Assembly: GCA_963762565.1 (NCBI GenBank)
Contig: CAVXLD010000010.1
Coordinates: forward strand, 192,001 to 256,000
DNA length: 64,000 bases
Source: an uncultured Verrucomicrobiae bacterium
GTDB taxonomy: Bacteria > Verrucomicrobiota > Verrucomicrobiia > Chthoniobacterales > JAFAMB01
Direction of reading: 5' to 3'
The translations under genes and the position numbers were made by a program. Below are positions 59,673-64,000 of the stretch, in pieces (the first letter of the stretch is position 1; the number at the start of each line of letters is the position of its first letter). The notes under the pieces are model-generated. The model was not told the origin of the DNA and ran no database searches. It saw nothing but the letters and a program-made list of their open reading frames with translations.

Positions 59673-60722
59673 ATGCCGCGAAAGATCGTCCATCTCGATA
59701 TGGATTGTTTCTATGCGGCGATCGAGGTTCGTGATCACCCTGAGTTAGCCGGTAAGCCCGTTGCGGTCGGAGGCGCTCGAGATCGTCGAGGAGTATTGAC
59801 CACGTGCAACTACGAAGCGCGCGAGTTCGGGGTTCGTTCCGCCATGCCGACCTTCCAGGCGTTGCAGAAATGTCCGCACCTCATCGTCATGCCGACCCGG
59901 TTTGAGGTTTACCGGCGCGAATCAGCCAGGATTCGAGAGATCCTCCTGAAGTTCGCTCCCGTCATCGAGCCTCTCTCCTTGGACGAAGCTTTCCTCGACT
60001 TATCCGATCATCCCGGCGAAACCTCGGCGACCGTCGCCGTTATCCGACAATTGATCTGGCAAAAGACCCACCTGACCGCATCTGCAGGCGTTGCTCCCAA
60101 CAAAATGCTGGCGAAAATCGCCAGCGACTGGAAGAAGCCGAACGGCCAATTTGAGATCCGATCGGAGGATGTGTCCGAATTCATGGTCGAACTGCCCGTA
60201 AGACGTCTTTGGGGAATCGGACCAAAATCAGCAGAACGATTAGCTGAACTAGGCGTCAACACCTGCGGCGATCTGCAGCGCTATTCGCGGGTCGAATTGA
60301 TCGAGCAATTCGGTAAGTTCGGCCTCGAGCTCTTCTCGCTGTGCCGCGGGATCGATGATAGGCCGGTTACTCCGGATCGGATACGAAAGTCACTGAGCAG
60401 TGAACGCACCTTTCCTCACGACCTCACTTCCCTGGCCCAATGTGAGGCCAAAATTCCGGAGCTCTTTGAGGAGGTGATGGAGGACCTGAAAAAATCGGAG
60501 TCAACCGACCAAGTAAAATCCGCCTTTATCAAAATCCGATTCTCAGACTTCACCAGAACAACCGTCGAACGCGCCGGCTTGCCGTTAACCGTGGAGAATT
60601 TTCAAGCGCTACTCCGCCAGGGGCTAAGCCGTAAATCCCTGAACGTGAGATTGCTAGGTCTCGGAGTCCGGTTCCAAGAACCAGACTCCGAGGGCGCAAC
60701 CCAGCTGGAATTGCAGATCTGA
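59673..60722 (+). CDS. dinB: DNA polymerase IV
   Basis: HLDMDCFYAAIE, CNYEAREFGVRSAM, SLDEAFLD, KIASDWKKPNG. Confidence 0.98.
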   Translation: MPRKIVHLDMDCFYAAIEVRDHPELAGKPVAVGGARDRRGVLTTCNYEAREFGVRSAMPTFQALQKCPHLIVMPTRFEVYRRESARIREILLKFAPVIEPLSLDEAFLDLSDHPGETSATVAVIRQLIWQKTHLTASAGVAPNKMLAKIASDWKKPNGQFEIRSEDVSEFMVELPVRRLWGIGPKSAERLAELGVNTCGDLQRYSRVELIEQFGKFGLELFSLCRGIDDRPVTPDRIRKSLSSERTFPHDLTSLAQCEAKIPELFEEVMEDLKKSESTDQVKSAFIKIRFSDFTRTTVERAGLPLTVENFQALLRQGLSRKSLNVRLLGLGVRFQEPDSEGATQLELQI

Positions 60723-60850
60723 CCGAACTCGCCTTAGGCTCGCTCGGAATAGCCGATAGCCAATAGCCAAATGGCGCGCTCGAAAGCTCCGCTCATTGGC
60801 TATCGGCTATTGGCTATTGGTCATTCGTCGACGAGCCTAAGGCGAGTCGG
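60723..60850. repeat. Inverted repeat with ATAGCCR heptamer arrays
   Basis: ACTCGCCTTAGGCTCG..ATAGCCGATAGCCAATAGCCAA / TTGGCTATCGGCTATTGGCTAT..CGAGCCTAAGGCGAGT. Confidence 0.9.
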
Positions 60851-60890
60851 CGACTTGGCATTGCCTCCCAATCCATGACATTATCGGCCT

Positions 60891-62054
60891 ATGATTTCGC
60901 CGTATCCGTTCAAACCTCGAGGGCGGTTATTGGACGTCATGCGTCAGGTGGGCGATCCCGGCCTGATCAATCTGGCGGCCGGTTTGCCGTCCGTGCATTG
61001 TGTCCCTAAAGCCGACCTGACAGCAGCCTTTCTCGCCACTTTAGAAGAGAATGCGGACGAAGCACTCGGTTATCATGTACCGGATGGCGATCTACGGCTT
61101 CGCCAGCTTTTGGTTGATCGATTTCACCGGCGCGGAATCAATACGAGTGTCGATCAGATGGTCATCACCACGGGTTGCTCACAAGCTCTCCATGGGATGA
61201 TCCGGCTGCTCGCGAAGCCCGGTGATATCGTTGCCTGCGAAGCGCCGGCCTATTACTCCACGCTAGAGATTATGGGCGATCTAGGTCTGAAGGCTTTACC
61301 GGTTCCGGTTAAAGACATTGATGGAATCGATTTCGAGCTCGCTCAGGTCCTCTTCCGACGATATCAGCCAAAACTTTTCGCGATTTGCTCTTCTTTATCG
61401 AATCCTTCCGGCGCCACTATTCCAAGCGAGATTAGAAAAGCGTTGATCGAACTTTGCCGAGAGACCGGGACCCGAATCCTCGAGGACGACATCTATGGCG
61501 AGTTGTCGGAGATCTCGGACCTCAAACCGATCCGGGCTTTTGATGACGGATCCACTGTGAGTTACGTGACGAGCTTTTCGAAGACAGTAGCACCGGGGCT
61601 GCGCATTGGAGTTTGTTTACCAGGGTTAGATGCTAATCCCTTTGCTTTATTGAAGTGTCAGCAAGACATGCATTCAGCAACCCTCTGCGAGGTGGCGTTC
61701 CGCCGATACTTTGAGACCGGCCGGCTAGACGGCCACCTCGAGTACTTGCGACGGTTTAACCAGGAGCGGCGAGAACTGGCGCTAAGTGTCATTGAAGAAT
61801 GTTTTCCGGCTTCGGCCACGGTTTGGAAACCGGCCGGCGGATTCTTGTTATGGGTAGAGCTGCCCCCTGGCATTAAAGCGGAGCAAGTCTATCGAAGCGC
61901 GCTCAAGGAAAAGGTCGCCTTCTGTCCCGGTAGCGCCTTCTACACTTCAGACGAAAACGAAATCGGCGCAATGCGGCTCAACTGCTCGCGTCCCAGCGAG
62001 CAGGAGTTAGTGAAGGGTCTCAGGATCTTGGGACGGATTGTGAAACAAGCGTGA
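60891..62054 (+). CDS. Class I PLP-dependent aminotransferase (MocR-type AAT domain, no HTH)
   Basis: INLAAGLP, SNPSG, EDDIY, SFSKTVAPGLRIG, MRLN. Confidence 0.9.
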   Translation: MISPYPFKPRGRLLDVMRQVGDPGLINLAAGLPSVHCVPKADLTAAFLATLEENADEALGYHVPDGDLRLRQLLVDRFHRRGINTSVDQMVITTGCSQALHGMIRLLAKPGDIVACEAPAYYSTLEIMGDLGLKALPVPVKDIDGIDFELAQVLFRRYQPKLFAICSSLSNPSGATIPSEIRKALIELCRETGTRILEDDIYGELSEISDLKPIRAFDDGSTVSYVTSFSKTVAPGLRIGVCLPGLDANPFALLKCQQDMHSATLCEVAFRRYFETGRLDGHLEYLRRFNQERRELALSVIEECFPASATVWKPAGGFLLWVELPPGIKAEQVYRSALKEKVAFCPGSAFYTSDENEIGAMRLNCSRPSEQELVKGLRILGRIVKQA

Positions 62055-62075
62055 GCCCGGTAGGGCGTTTTTTTT

Positions 62076-62285
62076 GGTGGGGCGAGGCTCCCGAAGGAAC
62101 CTCGATTGGAACGAAGCTTGTAACGTTGCCCCACCGAACCCCATTGTTATGCCTTTGAACGCGCCGAGCCGTGGCCCACGATAGACCACGGCTCGGCGCG
62201 TTTATCGGCCTTGTTCATAATTTTGTTTGGGGTTCGCTTTACACCCTTGGTCGGTCGCCCAGTCTTTCGGGAGCCTCGCCCCACC
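62076..62285. repeat. Split-REP inverted doublet, family B copy 5
   Basis: GGTGGGGCGAGGCTCC-71-GCCGAGCCG-17-CGGCTCGGC-72-GGAGCCTCGCCCCACC. Confidence 0.92.
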
Positions 62286-62347
62286 AAAAGAGAGCAGCGC
62301 TTTAACCATTTGCATCTTTTCGGATTTTAGCCGTGTACTATCGTCAA

Positions 62348-64000
62348 ATGTTTGCGAAAGCCTTTTCTTTAGGCCAATGCCGCCGCTTCGCGTCGCGTGG
62401 ATTCATGGCCGCGATCACGTTGGGCGCAGTATTAGCCTGGCAAAATACATCGACTGCCGAGCCCCTCGGACCAGATAACACGCCGCTTTGGATGCGTTAC
62501 CCCGCTATCTCACCTGATGGTAAGACCATTGCGTTCAGTTTCGAAGGCCACCTTTTCGTAGTGCCATCGGCTGGCGGACTGGCGCAGCCGCTCACCGCCG
62601 GCGCCGCAGTAGATACCTCGCCGGTTTGGTCTCCCGATGGAAAGTCGATCGCTTTCGCTTCCGATCGATACGGCAACTTCGACGTTTTTCTGATCAGCGG
62701 CGACGGTGGACCTGCTCGCCGCCTCACCACGCATTCCTCCGACGACATACCCGTCTGTTTCACGCCAGACGGGCAATCAGTTGTATTCAACTCCCAGCGA
62801 ATGGTCTCAGCAGAAAGCTCAAAGTTCCCCGTTCCGAAACGTTTCCCTGAGCTTTACAAAGTGTCGATTGAAGGCGGCAAAGAGCCGGAAATGATCCTGG
62901 TAACACCCGCTCTCAATGCTCAGTACGACAAAAGCGGCCAGCATATCATTTACGATGATCAGAAAGGATATGAGGATCTCTGGCGCAAGCATCAAACGAG
63001 CGCTTTTGCCCATGATGTCTGGATCTATGATGCTAAGACCGGCGACCACACGAAACTCACGACCTACCTGGGTGAGGATCGGAACCCGGTCTGGGCGTCT
63101 GACGAAAATTCGATCTATTACCTATCAGAACAGAGCGGGTCGTTCAACGTCTGGCATCTGGCGTTGAGCCGCGGCCAGGCAGCCGGCGCGCCCCAGCAGA
63201 TCACCAAGTTCGAAAAGAATCCCGTTCGGTTCCTGAGCACGTCCAGGAGTGGTGACCTGTGCTTCGGATTTGATGGCGAAATTTATTTGCTGCCCGCCGG
63301 CGCCACCCAGCCTACCAAGGTGTCGATCCGAATCGCGATCGCAGACAATGCAGCTGAAGCCAAGACGATGCCAATGGCGGATGGCGCTACCGAAATGGTG
63401 GTTAGCCCGAATGGAAAAGAGATCGCTTTCGTCGTCCGCGGCGATATCTACGTCGCAGGAATTGAGCATGGGGATACTAAGCGGATAACCAACAAGCCCG
63501 CCCAAGCGCGTAATCTCAGTTTTAGCCCGGACGGTCGAAAGCTGGTGTTTGCGGCTGAGTACGACAAGGTCTGGAGTCTCTATGAAGCGGCCATTGTTCA
63601 GCCCAAGGAAAAAGAGCCTTATTTTTCCCTTTCAACTGTGATCGATGTTCATCCCATCCTCGAGAACGGTCAGGAAAATTTTCAGCCCAAATATTCTCCG
63701 GACGGCAAAGAAGTCGCCTATCTGGAAAATCGGACCACTTTGAAGGTCCTCAACCTGGAGACCAAGCAGACACGCCAGATATTGCCGGGGAAGGATAACT
63801 ATTCCTATGCGGATGGAGACCAATGGTTTGATTGGTCGCCCGACGGGAAATGGTTCCTGGTCGAAATCAACCAGCCGGAACGTTGGTCGGGTGAAGTTGG
63901 ACTAGTAGATGCCGCAGGACAGCAACAGGTGACCTATCTGACGAAGAGTGGATACTCGAGCTTTCACCCAATTTGGGCCGTCGACGGAAAAACCATGGTC
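62348..64000 (+). CDS. Tricorn-like (S41 family) protease, N-terminal beta-propeller region; runs off the window
   Basis: Absent from the ORF track (no stop in window); manual translation MFAKAF...PLWMRYPAISPDGKTIAF, PD40 repeats WSPDGK, FSPDGR, YSPDGK; catalytic domain not visible. Confidence 0.88.
   Translation, partial: MFAKAFSLGQCRRFASRGFMAAITLGAVLAWQNTSTAEPLGPDNTPLWMRYPAISPDGKTIAFSFEGHLFVVPSAGGLAQPLTAGAAVDTSPVWSPDGKSIAFASDRYGNFDVFLISGDGGPARRLTTHSSDDIPVCFTPDGQSVVFNSQRMVSAESSKFPVPKRFPELYKVSIEGGKEPEMILVTPALNAQYDKSGQHIIYDDQKGYEDLWRKHQTSAFAHDVWIYDAKTGDHTKLTTYLGEDRNPVWASDENSIYYLSEQSGSFNVWHLALSRGQAAGAPQQITKFEKNPVRFLSTSRSGDLCFGFDGEIYLLPAGATQPTKVSIRIAIADNAAEAKTMPMADGATEMVVSPNGKEIAFVVRGDIYVAGIEHGDTKRITNKPAQARNLSFSPDGRKLVFAAEYDKVWSLYEAAIVQPKEKEPYFSLSTVIDVHPILENGQENFQPKYSPDGKEVAYLENRTTLKVLNLETKQTRQILPGKDNYSYADGDQWFDWSPDGKWFLVEINQPERWSGEVGLVDAAGQQQVTYLTKSGYSSFHPIWAVDGKTMV

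Noticed and set aside
62055..62075. GCCC-ggta-GGGC plus T-run as a terminator
   Set aside because: The stem is only 4 bp and overlaps a GGTAGGGCG REP-like remnant; too weak to call.
11459..62285. Repeat-spacer patterns as a CRISPR array
   Set aside because: Units are inverted, dispersed and at most doublets; there is no direct-repeat array, leader or cas gene in the window.
1..64000. tRNA, rRNA, transposase or prophage genes
   Set aside because: None recognised by eye; a tRNAscan or Infernal run would be needed to exclude small RNAs.

Overview
Bacterial chromosomal window, most likely from Verrucomicrobiota (Chthoniobacterales-like; inferred from protein style and gene content, not verified). 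It holds about 50 mostly housekeeping or envelope genes: hflX, rimO, rodZ, ftsK (split by a 1-nt frameshift), radC, lpxA, galE, lptD, ugd, rsmB, pyk, hisS, aspS, PBP2, uvrC, an ExbB/ExbD/TPR locus, thiH-thiS, dnaG, rpoD, lipA, rplM-rpsI, dinB and a tricorn-like protease. I saw no rRNA, tRNA, CRISPR array, transposase or prophage. The striking feature is non-coding. Most larger intergenic gaps hold nested inverted-repeat elements: REP-like units (GTAG/GTGG/GGAG end plus palindrome) arranged as inverted doublets. Their hairpin loops are expanded by variable sequence of nearly fixed, family-specific length (69-73 nt, 31 nt, or 34 vs 68-75 nt). They are often wrapped in inverted shells of 6-9-nt tandem repeats. 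Some element ends supply stop codons to flanking genes, and one REP-like unit lies in frame inside uvrC. All lengths were counted by eye and may be off by 1-2 nt.
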